Assembly (NCBI GenBank): GCA_004431415.1 | Contig: QPMI01000479.1 | Span: 62,001 to 126,000, forward strand | Origin: Cyanophora paradoxa CCMP329 | Taxonomy: Eukaryota > Plantae > Glaucophyta | Reading direction: 5' to 3' | Length of the DNA stretch: 64,000 nt | Shown: piece after piece, positions 11,825 to 24,414 of the stretch | Numbering within the stretch: position 1 is the stretch's first letter | Layout of the letters: each line of letters starts with the position of its first letter | Notes under the pieces: model-generated | Databases searched by the model: none | Told to the model about the DNA's origin: nothing | The model's input: the letters and a program-made list of their open reading frames with translations, nothing else | Position numbers and translations under genes: made by a program

Positions 11825-14800
11825 ATGGCAGCGGAGACGGATGATATCGTCGAGCTGCGCAGATGGGCGGTCGACCGGAACGGGGCGCTCATGGACTCCG
11901 TCGTCGTGCGGGAGATCAGCGAGGAGGAGGGCCGCGGCCTGGTGCTGACACGCGCGGTCGGCGAGGGCGAGGAGATCGTTTCGATCCCGGCGACCGCGTG
12001 AGTCTTCTCGCCCTCGAACCTCGCAGCTTATCGCGAGCGCTCCGCGCCCCGGGCTGGCGCGGCTGCCTTTGCTAGCTTTGCAGCCACAGAGACCCTACAC
12101 GAGCGATTCTACGCTCGTCCAGGCCCGCCCAGTGCCGCCCGCCCCGAGATCCGACCGCCCGTGCGCAGGCTCTGGAGCGCCAGCACAGCGGCCCAGCACC
12201 TCACGGCCGCCCTCCCCGCCTTTGACTTTTCCGCACTCCGTCCCGACGATCAGGTCCGCCCGCGCGCGTCCCGCGTCGCCCCGGCCCCGCCCAACCCGCG
12301 GCGCTCCCGCAGCTCGCGCTGCACCTCCTCTACGAGAAGAACGTGAGGGGCCGGGCGTCATTCTGGTGGCCGCACATCGTTACGCTGCCGAGGAGCTACT
12401 CGCTCCCGACCGGCTTCAGCGACGAGGACCTCTTCGAGCTCGAGGGCTCCAACTCCTTCCCCATCATCATCCGCATGCTCGCGCAGGTTCGGATCCGACC
12501 GGGGCTCTATTCCCGGCCTGGACTGAGCTGAGCCGTGCTGTACCCCCCCGCAGCTGCGGGGGGACTGGGAGGCCCTCCGGAACGTTCTTTTCCGCTCCCA
12601 CCCCGAGGTCTTCCCCCCCGAGGCCTTCTCCCTCGACGAGTACAAGTGGGCGCGTACCCCCCGCCGGCTCTCCGTTTCTATCCTGTAGACCCCTCTCGGC
12701 GCGTTCGCTGAGCGCATCCCCCGCAGGCCCTGGCCACGCTCCACACGCGCGGGATGGACTTCCCGACGCGCAGCGGGCCACCCCGCCGCATCCTCGCCCC
12801 CGTCGCGTGCGCCTGGGGGTACCGCGCCTTCCGAACCGCGCCCTGATCTGAATCCCGTACCCCCGCAGGGACATGATGAACGCTTCGCTGCAGGCGGGAG
12901 GGGTACACCTCTACGACGAGCGCGACGGGGCCGTGCGCGTCATCGCCTCCCGCGACCTGCCCTCCGGCTCCGAGGTCCGCGCTCGCGTACCCCTCCTTGC
13001 GCCTCGTACCCCAGCCGAGCCGGGCCGGGGTACAGGTCCGGATCTCGTACGGGGAGCCGGGGGACGGGTCCCTCGCCAACGCGCGGCTCCTGAGGCTGTA
13101 CGGGTGCGCCATCGCGCGTACCCCCCTCCCCCTTCCGCCCCGCCGCCCCAGAGGTCGCCCCAGAAGAGGGAGGGCAGCGGCGCCTGCGTTTCGCGTGCAA
13201 CCTAGCGAGACCTCCCGAACGCGCCCTCCGCTCACTCACGTACCCCTCCGCTGCTCGGCAGGTTCACGTTCGACAACAACCCGCACGACGTCGTTGAGAT
13301 GTGGGCCTCCATGTCCGAGGCCCGCCGTACCCCCCCCTCCCCCCCCCCGCCTTGCCCCTGCCCACGCCCCCCGAGCTCCTCTCCCCGCCACTTCTACTCT
13401 AGATCTCCCGCTCCTCTAGCCCCCCAGCTCCGCCTCGCCCTCGGCCTAAATCGAAGCTGGGCGGGCGGGCAGGAGGCGCCGCTGTACTAGTCCCCCAGTC
13501 TAGGCTAGTCTAGGCTAGTCCCCCTCAAGGCTCGAGCTCCTCTCCCCGCTCCTCTAGTCCCCCAGCTCCGCCTCGCCCTCGGCCTAAATCGAAGCTGGGC
13601 GGGCGGGCAGGAGGCGCCGCTGTACAAGGCGAAGCGGAAACTCTTCGCGGACTTCGGGATCGACCCGGGGAGCCCCTTCCTCCTCTCCGCCGTGCGCCCC
13701 GCCCCCCTCTACCCCCCCTCCTCCTCCCCCTTGCGGCCCGGCCTCGCTGCTCAGCTTATCTTAGAGCTAATCTTGGAGCTCAGCTTATCTAATTTTGGCC
13801 TAGCCCAGCAGCATGAGCCCCCGCCTAGCGCTGCCCTCTCTCTCTCTCCTTCCTCCCCTTCCCCTCCCCCGCCTCCTCCCCCACTGAACCCTCCGCGGGC
13901 AGGCGAACCCGCTCCCGGGGCAGCTGATGCGGTGCCTGAGGATCCAGTTCCTCGACGAGGGGGAGTACCGCCGCTTCCTCGAGTGCAAGGTACCCCCCCC
14001 CTCCCCCCCCCCTTCCCCCCTTGAGCTCCCCCTCCCCGGCTCGAGCTCCGCCTCAGGTGAAGGGGGCCGGGTGGGACTTCGCGACGGCGATCTCGGCGGA
14101 GAGCGAGCAGCGCGTCCTCCAGGCGCTGATGGCCGCCGTCCAGGTACCCCCGGCCCCTCTTCTCCCCCGCCCCTCCTAGCTATATATAGATAGAGAGAGA
14201 CTAGGGTCTAGATAGAGAGACAAGGCTAGGCTATGGCTCTGGGCTAGATGGCCGCCGTCCAGGTACCCCCGGCCCCGCCACCTCCCCTCCTAGATAGAGA
14301 GAGACTAGGATAGAGAGAGACCCAGCTATGGCTCTGGGCTAGAGCAAGGTCTCGGCTTTCCTCGGCTAGAGCTAGATCTTTGCCTTGGTGGCCGCCGTCC
14401 GGGTACCCCCGCCCCCTCCCCTAGCTATAGGATCTAGCCGTAGCTTCTAGCTTCCCGCTTCTTCTCTCCCCGAGCTTGTTTGGCTAGGCTCTGGATATGC
14501 GGCGTCTCCCTTCCCCCCCCGCCCCTCTCGCCTGACCTCTGACCTGCCCCCCCCCCCCCCCCCCCCCCCCAGGGGATGCTGGAGGGGTACCGGACGACGC
14601 TGGAGGCGGACGAGGCGGCGTGGGCGGCGCACCAGTCGGGGGCTGCCCCGCTCCCCACCAACCGCCGCAACACCCTCCTGGTCCGATTCGCCCGGCTCCC
14701 TCGATCAGATTAGACTAGGGGCGCCCGAGCCTCAGGGACGATTCGAGTCGATTAGATTTCCCTGAGCTCGACTAGGCGCTCTTCTCTTCCCCGTCCGCAC

Positions 14801-14921
14801 CCTCGCCTCCGTGCTCTGACGTCGCCTCCCTCCATCTCAGGTGCGGCTCGGAGAGAAGCGGATCCTCTTCCGCACGCTCGGGGCTCTCGCCAGCAGCCTC
14901 TCCGCCCTCGGGCCCTCCTAG
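11825..14921 (+). CDS. SET-domain protein methyltransferase, SETD3/Rubisco-LSMT family, multi-exon
   Basis: GRGLVLTRAVGEGEEIVSIP; ALHLLYEK..SFWWPHIVTLP; YKWALATLHTR; LAPVADMMN; ISYG..NARLLRLYGF..NPHD; LSMT substrate-binding tail YRTTLEAD..VRLGEKRIL. TAG at 14919-14921. Confidence 0.85.
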
Positions 14922-15287
14922 CCGGCCGGCTAGCCGGCTTCAGCTTCAGCTTCCGCCGCTGCGCTGCAGCCGGCTAAAGAGCCAAGGGCCGGCGCCGGCG
15001 TCTGGTCTCGAGCCTAGTAGCGATTGCTCGGTATATATATACGTACATGTTTGTGCAGTCAGGCTAGTTTCAGATGAAGCTAGTAGGACGCGTGATTGCG
15101 ATGCGGTGAATTGAATTGATTGCATATTATGATCACTAACATTGAACCATGTCCAATGTCAAAGCCATGCGCGCGCATGCAGTCGTCCGATGCTGCCACC
15201 GGGGCAGATCTAGATGCCACAGCTAGTTACAGCTGCGATAATCTAACTATATATGTACACGTAATGTACATGCGAGAGCGCCGCCGT

Positions 15288-17764
15288 CTACTCGAGGCGC
15301 CAGCGATCGCCGAGGAGCTGCCGGAGGGCGCCCCAGTCCGACTCGTCGCCCTCGCGCCGGGCGAGCACGAGGTCCCCCGGGGCCGGGGCGGGGTCGGCCG
15401 CCATGTCCGCCAGCGGCCCCAGCGCCGCGAGGGCGTCGGAGAAATCGGATGCCCACAGCCGAGCCGGCTCGGCGAGGGTCAGCGCGGCCCGCCGCAGGCG
15501 CGCGCACGCCGCCAGCGCCTCGCCCTGCCGCACGGAGGGGTACATGGGCAGCCCGTCCTGGTCGTACTCCTCCAGGATGTCCTGGGGGGTACGGCATTGA
15601 TGAGGGGCGCGGAGGGGTACTAATTCGAAGGCGATCGAATCAACGACTCTGGTACCCACCTTGGCGACGTGAAGGAGGAACGTGATGGACACAGCGACGC
15701 TGAGGAACGTGTCGACGTTCGGGGCGGAGCTCGAGATGCCGAGGCGCAGGGATCGGAGGGAGGGCATGGAGGGGAGCGCTTGCGCGAGGGCGTCCGCGGC
15801 TGCCGTAAGGTGGTGCGGGAAGGGGCTCGAGAGGCGGAGCGACAAGCTCTCCAATGCGGCGAAGCTCGGCAGGCGGCTCAGGTGCTCAGGCGGCGGGTCG
15901 TACTTTGAGGGCCTGTCGTTCGCGCCGCTCGTCCTGCGGGGTACACTGTTAGGGAAGGGGCGGGGCGCCCGGGCGGGGTACGGATCCGGATGGCGCGGGC
16001 GCACGGGCCGAGGGAGAGCGAGCGAAGCTGAGAACGGAGGGGCGCGCATTTCTCTGCGTTGAGGAAATCCACGGCCAGGGCCTGACCGAACCCGGCCAGG
16101 GCCAGATCCCGCACGGAGCTCTGCGGGGCGAAGGGGCATCGGCGTCGGAGGGGCGGGCGGGGGGCGGGGGGTACTGGAAGGGAAGGGCAAACCGTCCGAG
16201 CCGCGTCGTGCAGGAATGTGTTGCTGTACCCCGAGCGCGCGTCGAACTCGAGCGATTCGAGATGCGCAGACGTGAACTGGGGCGGCACGTCAGGGGTACA
16301 GCGGCTTCGAGGCGGGAGGAGGGGTAGGGCGGACGTGCCTGGGGGAGGGAGCTGAGGCCCGACGCCTTTAGCCCGAAGACGCGGAGGCAGGGCAGGCTGC
16401 AGAGCGGCGCGAGGGCCGCAGCGTTCGTGTTGCGCGAGCAATTCGATGGAAAGGAGGAGAACGTCACGCGGAGCTCCTGGGAGGCAGTGAGGGGTATAGG
16501 TGGGCGGGGCGCCGGACGGCGGGGGGTACAAATGCGGCGACGGACCTCGAGGTTGGGGCACAGGCTTCGGATTGCGGAGGCGAAAGAGCGCTGGAAGGAT
16601 TTCACCTTTTCCTGATTAGGAAGCTGGTAAAGAGACATCACTGGGAAGAAGTGGTGCGCGATCCTGAGGGATCGCAGCCCGCCCAGCGCCGGGGCGACCT
16701 GTACCCCTGCCGGTGAGGAAGGGGCGCCGCCGGGATTCGAGCCACAGACCTGTTCCAGCAGATCGGCGGAGAAGCCGATGCAGTCAGCGAGGTCGAGGCT
16801 CCGGAGGGCCGTCAGCCGCCGCAGTCCCTCCGTGATCGCGCAGCCGCCAGGGCTGGAAGCGAGGGGCAGGCGGTGGCGGTCGTTGACTTCGGCTGTCTGG
16901 AGGCGGACGCTGAGCTCCTCGAGGGTGCCCGCCACGGGCGCCAGGGCCGCCAGCAGCGCCCCCACGTACGCGTGCCGCGCTTTCGCGCTGGCTGCCGCGC
17001 TCCTCTCTTCGCGGGCAACCACATCCCTGTGCAGATTTCAGCCAAGGCGGCGTGCGGCGCGGACGCCGCGCCCGCACCCGTGCCAGGCGACGAAGCGGCG
17101 GAGCCCCTGCAGCGAGGAGGCGAACGAGAGGAAGGGCCTGGCCGGCTCAGGCATCCAGAACGACGGCTGGATGCTGTCGGCGCCCGCGACAGACCTGCGC
17201 GCGCAGGGGGGCGCTCAAAGACTCCGTAATGGCCATGGAGAGACGGGGCAGCGGGCACCCGACCTCATAGAACGGCGGGCGCCACAAATCGACCTCCAGC
17301 GCGCCGCCCGCCGCGAGCCGCAGGGCGCTCGACTGCGCGCGCAGCGCCCATGACCGGAGCTCCGCCTCGGGCACGTCGCGGTACCGCGAGACTCCGCCGC
17401 GCTGCCCGCGAAGAACGAGCGCGTCGAACTCGATTGACGCAAGTGCGTCGCGCATCCGGCGGCTGACGAGCGGGAGGCGGCAAACTTGCCACGCCTCCCG
17501 CAGGCCGAGAAAGCCGATGACGCGCTTCAGCAGCTCGTCAGGAAGAAGCTCGAGGGCGGAGAAGTCCGACGCGGCCCGTGGCTTCTGCGCTGCGTATGCA
17601 GGCTCGCTGCCGGCCGCCGCCGCGGGCGCCGGCTCTTCTCCCCGCTGGCGCTTGCCGCCCACTGGAGAGTCCTCTTCCTCTTCCGAGCTCGAGTAGCGCC
17701 CCAAGCAGGTCTCATCGCCGACGTGCGGCCTGCCGCGCTTCTGGCCACCGCCGCCGCGAGCCAT
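15288..17764 (-). CDS. F-box protein with LRR-like repeats, multi-exon
   Basis: F-box-like LELLPDELLKRVIGFLGLREAWQVCRLPLVSRRMR near the N-terminus. LRR-like LEELSV, LRSLDLADC, LRSLRI, LESLSL, LRSLRL. Confidence 0.7.
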
Positions 17765-18966
17765 CCTGTCAACGCGAGGCTCAGCTGGGCGGCTTCGGAC
17801 TGCAACGAACGCGCGGGGCTTTGCTTAGGAGCCCGGAATGAGCGCGTACGTTCACCCGGGCTTCGCGCGCGGCTTGAAAGTTGGGAAGCGGCCGGGGTAC
17901 GTCGAAGCCTGGCCTCAAACGCCGGAAGACGACTCCAGCCGAGAGCCTCAGAGTCCCGAGTTTCGAGGCGTTCTTTTGTCTGCTCTGGTGCGCGCTAGGC
18001 TGCAGCGGAAGTTCCCCTCTAACCTTCAATCGCAACAGGATCGCCTTCAATTCGATCGCCCTTCTTCGAATTCGTTCTTTCTTGGTGCGCGAGTCAGAGG
18101 CGCGACCTTCGTGCGCGTCTCGCCGCGCGGCCCGCTACAGCGGTGATTCGAGTCCCCTCACGTTCGCTTGTTGTCTTCTTCTGCGGTCTCTCACGTGCAC
18201 CTTGCGCTCTAATTCTCTCGCCCCGAAGCGTTTGGAAGCTGCAAAGTCCGTCGCCCGCAGCAATCCTCAACTTGACACTTGCAATGCGCTCGATATCTCA
18301 GGATACGGTGCAGATGTCGTCGTTCATGCTGCAGACGTCAACGTCGTCAGGGATGAGCAGCAAGGCCGCTTGCATGGCCGCGGCGCCGGCACCAGTGCGT
18401 TGTATTAGATCTATAGCCAACGCTCTTTTCGCATCCCTCTGACGCCAGTGCTTTTGCAGAACGGCGCTGGGCCAACTGCTGGCCCTACCGCTGCGGTCGC
18501 CGCGATCTGGCGGGCTATACGTGACGATCGATATCTGTACGCAGCATCAGTGCGCCGCCACCGACGCCGCCCCCCCCTTCTCTCTCTCTCTCTCTGCTCA
18601 TTAGAGGTTTCTCCTCGTCCTCGGCAGACGACGATGGCCTCGGCCGGGCGCGACGACTCAATGCGTGCGAGTCAGCTGCAGGCTGCCAGCCATTACACGT
18701 ATACAGCAACGGTGCGCCGACTCGACTATTGCATTGCCACCGCGCTTGCACTTGCCCATCGAGTTCGGAGCTCTGAACGAGCCGCGTTTCGCAGGAAATG
18801 ACGCTAGCCACTGCAGAGGCGGCACAGCGGCAGCAGGGCCGAGCTTCCGGCCCTTCGGGCTCGAGCTCCGTCCCTTGCGTAAGCCTTCCCGATCCATTTC
18901 CTTCGGTCTGCTGTCCGCCTGACCCACGTCCAACTGCAGGTCCCAGCCGGAACGATCCCGGGCCCC

Positions 18967-19870
18967 ATGGCCAGCAGTGCCAGCGCCAGCAATGCTAGTG
19001 CTGCAGCTGGCAGCAATGCCCCGGGTCCAGGCTCGAGCTCTGCACGGGTACGAACGAGCCGTCCCTCGGCTGCTCCAACCAGACACTCACTTTCTCTGCA
19101 GGTGACGCAGCCGCCGGCGCAGCAGCCGCCGCGGCGGCAGTCGGTCCGGGCGGCGGCGCGAGCAACCGCGGAGCAGGAGCAGCAGCAGAGCCGTGTCGAC
19201 GGGCTGGCAGCGGAGCTCGCGACGCTCCGCAAGCGCCTAGCGGAGCAGGAGCGGGCGCATAAGGAGCACCGCGATCGGGCGGCGGGGCTCGCCAAGGAGA
19301 ACGGCGAGCTTTGGTGGGGCCTCGTCGAGGCTGCCGGGCAGCGGCAGCGGGCGGTAGACCTCACGGCGCAGAACACGGATCTGCGGCAGCGCCTCGCGGA
19401 GGCGGCAGGGCAGCAGGAGCGGGCGGCGGCGCTGGAGGGGCGGCTCGCGCTCTACGAGGGCGGGGCGGGGCCCATGGCCAGCGGGCAGCAGTGGGGCGAG
19501 GCGGAGCTCGAGGCGGCGGCGGAGCGGCTCAAGGCGGCGGCGAAGCGGGTGGAGGAGCTGCGGCTCGAGGCGCGGGTCGCCTCGGCCGCCGAGGCGCGGG
19601 CGGAGGCCCTCGCCGAGGAGCGCGTCAAGCGGAGGCGCCTGGAGATCTCCTCCACCTTCGAGTGCCCCGTGCGCCGTCCCGGCTCCACGCTCGACTTCAG
19701 ATCTCCGTCCTCACATCTGAGCGCAGATCTGCTGCGAGGACAAGCCGAAGGAGGAGCGGCGCGCCCTGTTCCCCTGCGGGCACCCGTTCTGCAAGGAGTG
19801 TGCGGGCAAGCTCCCCACCTGCCCCACCTGCCGCCAGCCCGTCAAGGGCACGCTACGCATCTTCGAGTGA
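18967..19870 (+). CDS. Coiled-coil protein with C-terminal C3HC4 RING finger (putative E3 ligase)
   Basis: Removing the intron at about 19669-19727 gives FECP|ICCEDKPKEERRALFPCGHPFCKECAGKLPTCPTCRQPVKGTLRIFE*. Confidence 0.8.
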
Positions 19871-20306
19871 GCGAGCGGCGCCGCGCGTGTACTTGCAGCT
19901 GCAGCCTGGCAGCTGCTTATTGCTTAGATCTACATTTTCTTCTCGACCCTCGTCGACCGATACCCTCACCATACCGTGGCGGCGTAGTTCTTCTCTGCAA
20001 CCTAGCTCTCGTGTTCTTCTCAACCCCACGCACCAGACAGATTCCACTCTCGAATGCGAAAGTGGCAAATTGTGCTCCTTCTAATTTGCCCAGTTCTATA
20101 GCTAGTTGTAAGCGCCATGCCGCTGGCGGGCCGAAGCCGCGGCGCCGGCCGCTCTATAGCTAGCTGCGGGCGATGCAGGAAGGAATAACGTAGTACTTGT
20201 CAGGGGCACGAAAGGAGACACGGTGGGGCAGGGGGCGCCGCGGCCGCGGCGGGCCAAGGCAGGAGGGAGGGGGCGCTCTGACGCGGGCCGGGGCCGGCGC
20301 CGGGTG

Positions 20307-23014
20307 TCAGTAGTCGTCATAGTAGTCGTCGTCGTCGTAATCGTCGTAGTCCTCGTCGTACACCTGTACCCCCGCGTCAGAAGGGGGGTACATCGAAGGC
20401 GGAGCGCGGTTCTGGTCGGGGCGGACCGGTTTCTTTGCGGGCGCGGCCTTTCCCTTCGCGGCGGCGGCCGCGCCGCCCTTGGCGCCACCCGCGGCGCCGC
20501 CCTTGGCGCCCTTCGCGGCCGCGGCGGGCGCCGCCGGGCCGGCCTTGGCCGGGGTAGCCGCCTTGGTCGAAGAAGAAGCGGCGGAGGGGGACGGGGAGGA
20601 AGCGGCGGGGGTGGCGGGGGCGGGGGCGGCCGGGACGGAGGAGGAGGCTGCGGTGCTGGTTCGGGAGGGGGTAGTGGAAGCGGAGAGCATGGACGAGTAG
20701 TCCTCCTCGAGCTTCGATCGCGCCGTGTCCTCCCACACCTGTACCCCCCGCGGACCGATCGAGTCGGAACCGAACGAAGGCCGAAATTTGATTCGGATCG
20801 CTTCGTTCGCACCTCGCCGCCGTCGTCCTCGTCGTCCCACGCCGGCTCGTCGTCGAACGGCTCCGGCTCGTCCACCTCCTGCGAGCGAACGAAGTGGGCG
20901 AGCGGGAAAAAAACGATGGGGGGTACGGGGTACCTCGTCGGCGATGTCGGGGAGGGGGAAGCGGAGGATGGCGGCCACTCCAGAGAGCTGCTGGAGCTCT
21001 GCGGGGGGTACGTGAGGAAAGGGGCATGGGAAAGGAGGGCGGGCGGAGGGTAAGACGACGCACGCTCTCCGGAGACGTGCATCGTCGAGAAGTGGAAGAT
21101 CTGCCCGGGGGGGGGGTACGGGGTTAGTCTCGCGGGGGAAGAGGGACGGGCGGGGGGTACAGCGCGCCTCGCCGCCGCCCGCTGCAACGGCCTCGGCGAG
21201 GGCGACGTAGCGCGTGCGCGTGGCCATGTCGTTCGCCCTGCGGGGGGGCGGAAGAGGGGCAGTGAGCTTCATCAACGCTCGAGCACCTGAGGCGCGCGCC
21301 GCCGCTCACCTGAAGAGGCTGTCCGCGAGCAGGAGCGTCTGGATCGCCCCCCGCTCACACGCCTGCGCCGAAAGTCAGGAAAAAGCGGAGGGGGTAGAGG
21401 GCAGGGGGTACGGGGTCGGCGCGCCTTCTGGACGTGGTTGTACCCGTAAAAGGCGCGGTCGGGATCCTCGCTGAGCATCTCGTGGAACGAATTCAGCGCC
21501 CGTACCTCCCCCGCAGCCTGCGGGGGGTACGTTATTCTTGTTGATTCTGCGGTTCGAAGGGGGACGGGGTACGCGCCTTCGTGTCCGAGAGGCGGGAGGA
21601 GACGGCGGGGTCCGAGAGGACCTCCCGCAGGGCGTGCCTGGGTACGCGATTCAGAGGGGGGAAGGGGGGAAGAAGCAGGAGGGGTACGACGCCGGGCGCA
21701 CTTGTGGCCGGAGGAGGCGTGGCACATGACGAACTTGGACTTGTTCTCGATCAGCTCGCGTATCCCCTTCCGCTGCGCCTCCTCGTGCAGGAACTGCATG
21801 AACTGGTCCTGCGGGGGGTACGCGGTTCAGTTTTTTCTTCAAGGGGGGGCGAGTTCGCGGGGGTACGCGGCGGCGCGGACCTTGACGAAGCCCGGGGAGG
21901 CGACGAGGACGCACTTTACGATCTCGAAGTTGACGTGCTGCAGGATGGCTCTTAGGAGCGCCTCGAAGAACTTCGTCATCGCCTGGGAAGGGGGGGTACG
22001 GATCAGACCCGCCAGGGTACCAGAGCGATGGGGGGGGGGGGGGGGGGCGTCCACCTTCTCGTGGCCGGCGGCCGCCGCGCCGCGCTTCCGGGGTATGCTC
22101 ATCTCGATGCGCTGCGCGCGGGCCGGGCGCTAAGCTCAAAATGCCGCGCGGCAAGATTGCAGCCGCGCGCGGCGGGGGTACCTGTCTCGTGATGGTCATG
22201 CTCCCGCTGATGAGGCAGAGGTGGGCGAGCCCTGCGCGGGGCGCGTTAGCAGTTCGAGGGCGCGGCGGCGGCGGCGGCGCGCGCGGCGTGCGCGGCGGAG
22301 GGGCCCGCGCGCCTTCGCTCATGACGATGGCCGCGACGTCGGCCTTGGAGTTCTGGTCGGTCGCCTCCTGCACGCGCTCCAGAGCAATGGCGTCCCACGT
22401 CTGCCGCCCGCCGGAGGCTCATGATAAGCGCGAGCGGCGGCGGCGCGGGGCGTGCGGGTTTAGAGCGCGCTGCCGACCTTCTTCTGGATGGAGAACTGGC
22501 GGTTGAGCTCGAGCTCGAGAGTGTGGTAGGCGCCGAGCTGCGGGGGGCCTAGGCTTAGCTGCGGGCGTGGCGGGGCGGGCGGGCGGGCGGCGCCCGCGCG
22601 GAGGGATCCACTCGGCCGCGCGCCTTCACGTATTCGTTCTCTGCGACGTTGCGGCCCTTGATGCGAAGCACGCCGCCTTGCGGGTCGAAGTCGATGGCCA
22701 CCACGACGAGGGTCAGCGTGATCCGCACACGCTCGCTCTCCGTCGTTCCCGACGCGGTCGGCTTAGCTACTTTGCTGCGCGGGCGCCCGGCGTCACCGGA
22801 GGGACCCGGCGGCAAGCGGCCGGCTCGCGAGTGCGCCCCGGGCGGTTGGCGGGCGGATGCCGCGGCCCGGCGCGCACCGAATGGTCGTGGCCCGGACGTG
22901 GTCGCCCTTTGCGATCAGGTTGTACGTGTGCCAGAGGTCCTCGGTGCCATCGTCCGGCATGAAGACCATGTAGCCGGACCCATCCTTCAGTATTTCCTTC
23001 TTGAGGAGCTTCAT
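20307..23014 (-). CDS. PELO: Pelota/Dom34 ribosome-rescue factor, about 17 exons, with long C-terminal extension
   Basis: [28 protein letters not shown]|KV; [15 protein letters not shown]|[13 protein letters not shown]; EMSIPRKR; VASPGFVK; RAFYG; [23 protein letters not shown]. Confidence 0.95.
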
Positions 23015-23152
23015 TGCGGCTGCAAGGCGCCCCCGCGATTTCGAGGTTGCGCGCTACGTCCGCTGTACCCCAGCTGCAGCCCAGCCTTCGCGGATTTGAA
23101 GCGCACCGCCAAGCCAGCCAAGCTAGAGACCTAACAGCGATTTCGAGAGCTC

Positions 23153-24414
23153 ATGGAGAGGCCAAGGCGCTCGCGCTGTGACGCGGCGGGCGCCTGCATA
23201 CGAAACGAGCGCGCCGCGCTGCTGCGGCTGCTGGTCGGCGGCGCCGCGGTCGCGCTCGTTCTGCTGGAGCTTGCGGTGTGTTTGTGATGCCGCGCTGGGC
23301 CGTGCGCGCGCCGCCAGGCTGACTCGAGCTCGCCGCAGGGGGCGCTGCAGCCGGCGCTCGCATGCGAGCACGACCACGACCACGAGCACGAGCACGACCA
23401 CCACGACCACGATCATGAACACGAGCACGATCACGGGACGTGCTCGGCGGGCGCCTCTCAGTTCGAGTCGGCAGGCGCTACAGCCGGGCACGCGCACAAG
23501 GAGCTACTCGTGGAGCCGGGCGAGCGAATCATGGACGCCGTGCGAAAAGCTTCGCCAGGAGACACCGTCCGCCTCGCCCCCGGCCGGTCCGCGCGCGCGA
23601 AACGCGCACGCGAAACTTTAGATCTAGAATGTGCGCGACCCGAGCGGCCGGCCCAATCCCAATCCCGCCCCGCAGGTACGTGGAGGACGTTCTGCTGGAC
23701 AAGGATATCCGCCTCATCGGCCCGCGGACGGCGGTCCTTGAGTCGGACCAGGGCGACGCGCTGACGCTGCGGCGCCGCGCCGCGCCCGTCGTGAAGGGCA
23801 TCACCATCCGAGGCACCAACGGCTACGCGCTGCACATCTCCGGCGGGAGCCGAGCCGTGGTCGAAGACTGCGACATCGCGGTCACGTCCCAGCGCTCCTG
23901 CGTGCGAGTCGAGGGGCACTACACGGCCCCCGTGCTCCGCGGTGCGCGTACATGTACCCCCCCTCAGGGCCCGCCGCTCCGGCCGCGCCCCGGTCCCCTG
24001 AGAGCGGCGGCAGGGAACGAGGTGCACGACTGCCCGGGGTACGGCGTCTTCTTCTTCGGCCCCGCGTCGGGCGTCGTGGAGGTGCGCGTACCCCTCTGGA
24101 TTCCGACCAGCGGCCCCGCGCGCCGCGCTCACCTGAGCCCTTCCCCCCTCATCCCCCCAGGCGAACGACATCTCGGGGACGAACGGCGTGGGGGGCGTCT
24201 GCGTCTCGACGTACGCGTACCCCGTCATCCGCAAGAACAAAGTGCGTCTCCGGCTCTGTAGTTCACCGGCTCACCTGACTCTGATCTGAGTCAGATGCAC
24301 GACCTGCGCGTGGGCATCGAGCTGCGCGAGGGAAGCGACGCCTCGATCGACGACAACGCGCTGGAGCGCGTGCGGAAGTTCGTCCACTCGGAGCCCGACC
24401 GCAGCCGCATGTAG
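23153..24414 (+). CDS. Right-handed parallel beta-helix protein (NosD/pectin-lyase-like fold) with hydrophobic N-terminus and His-rich tract
   Basis: LLRLLVGGAAVALVLLELA; HDHDHEHEHDHHDHDHEHEHDH; IMDAVRKASPGDTVRLAPG|RYVEDVLLDKDIRLIG; repeated VEDCDI / LRGNEV / VEANDI / IRKNK / IDDNAL coils. Confidence 0.7.
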
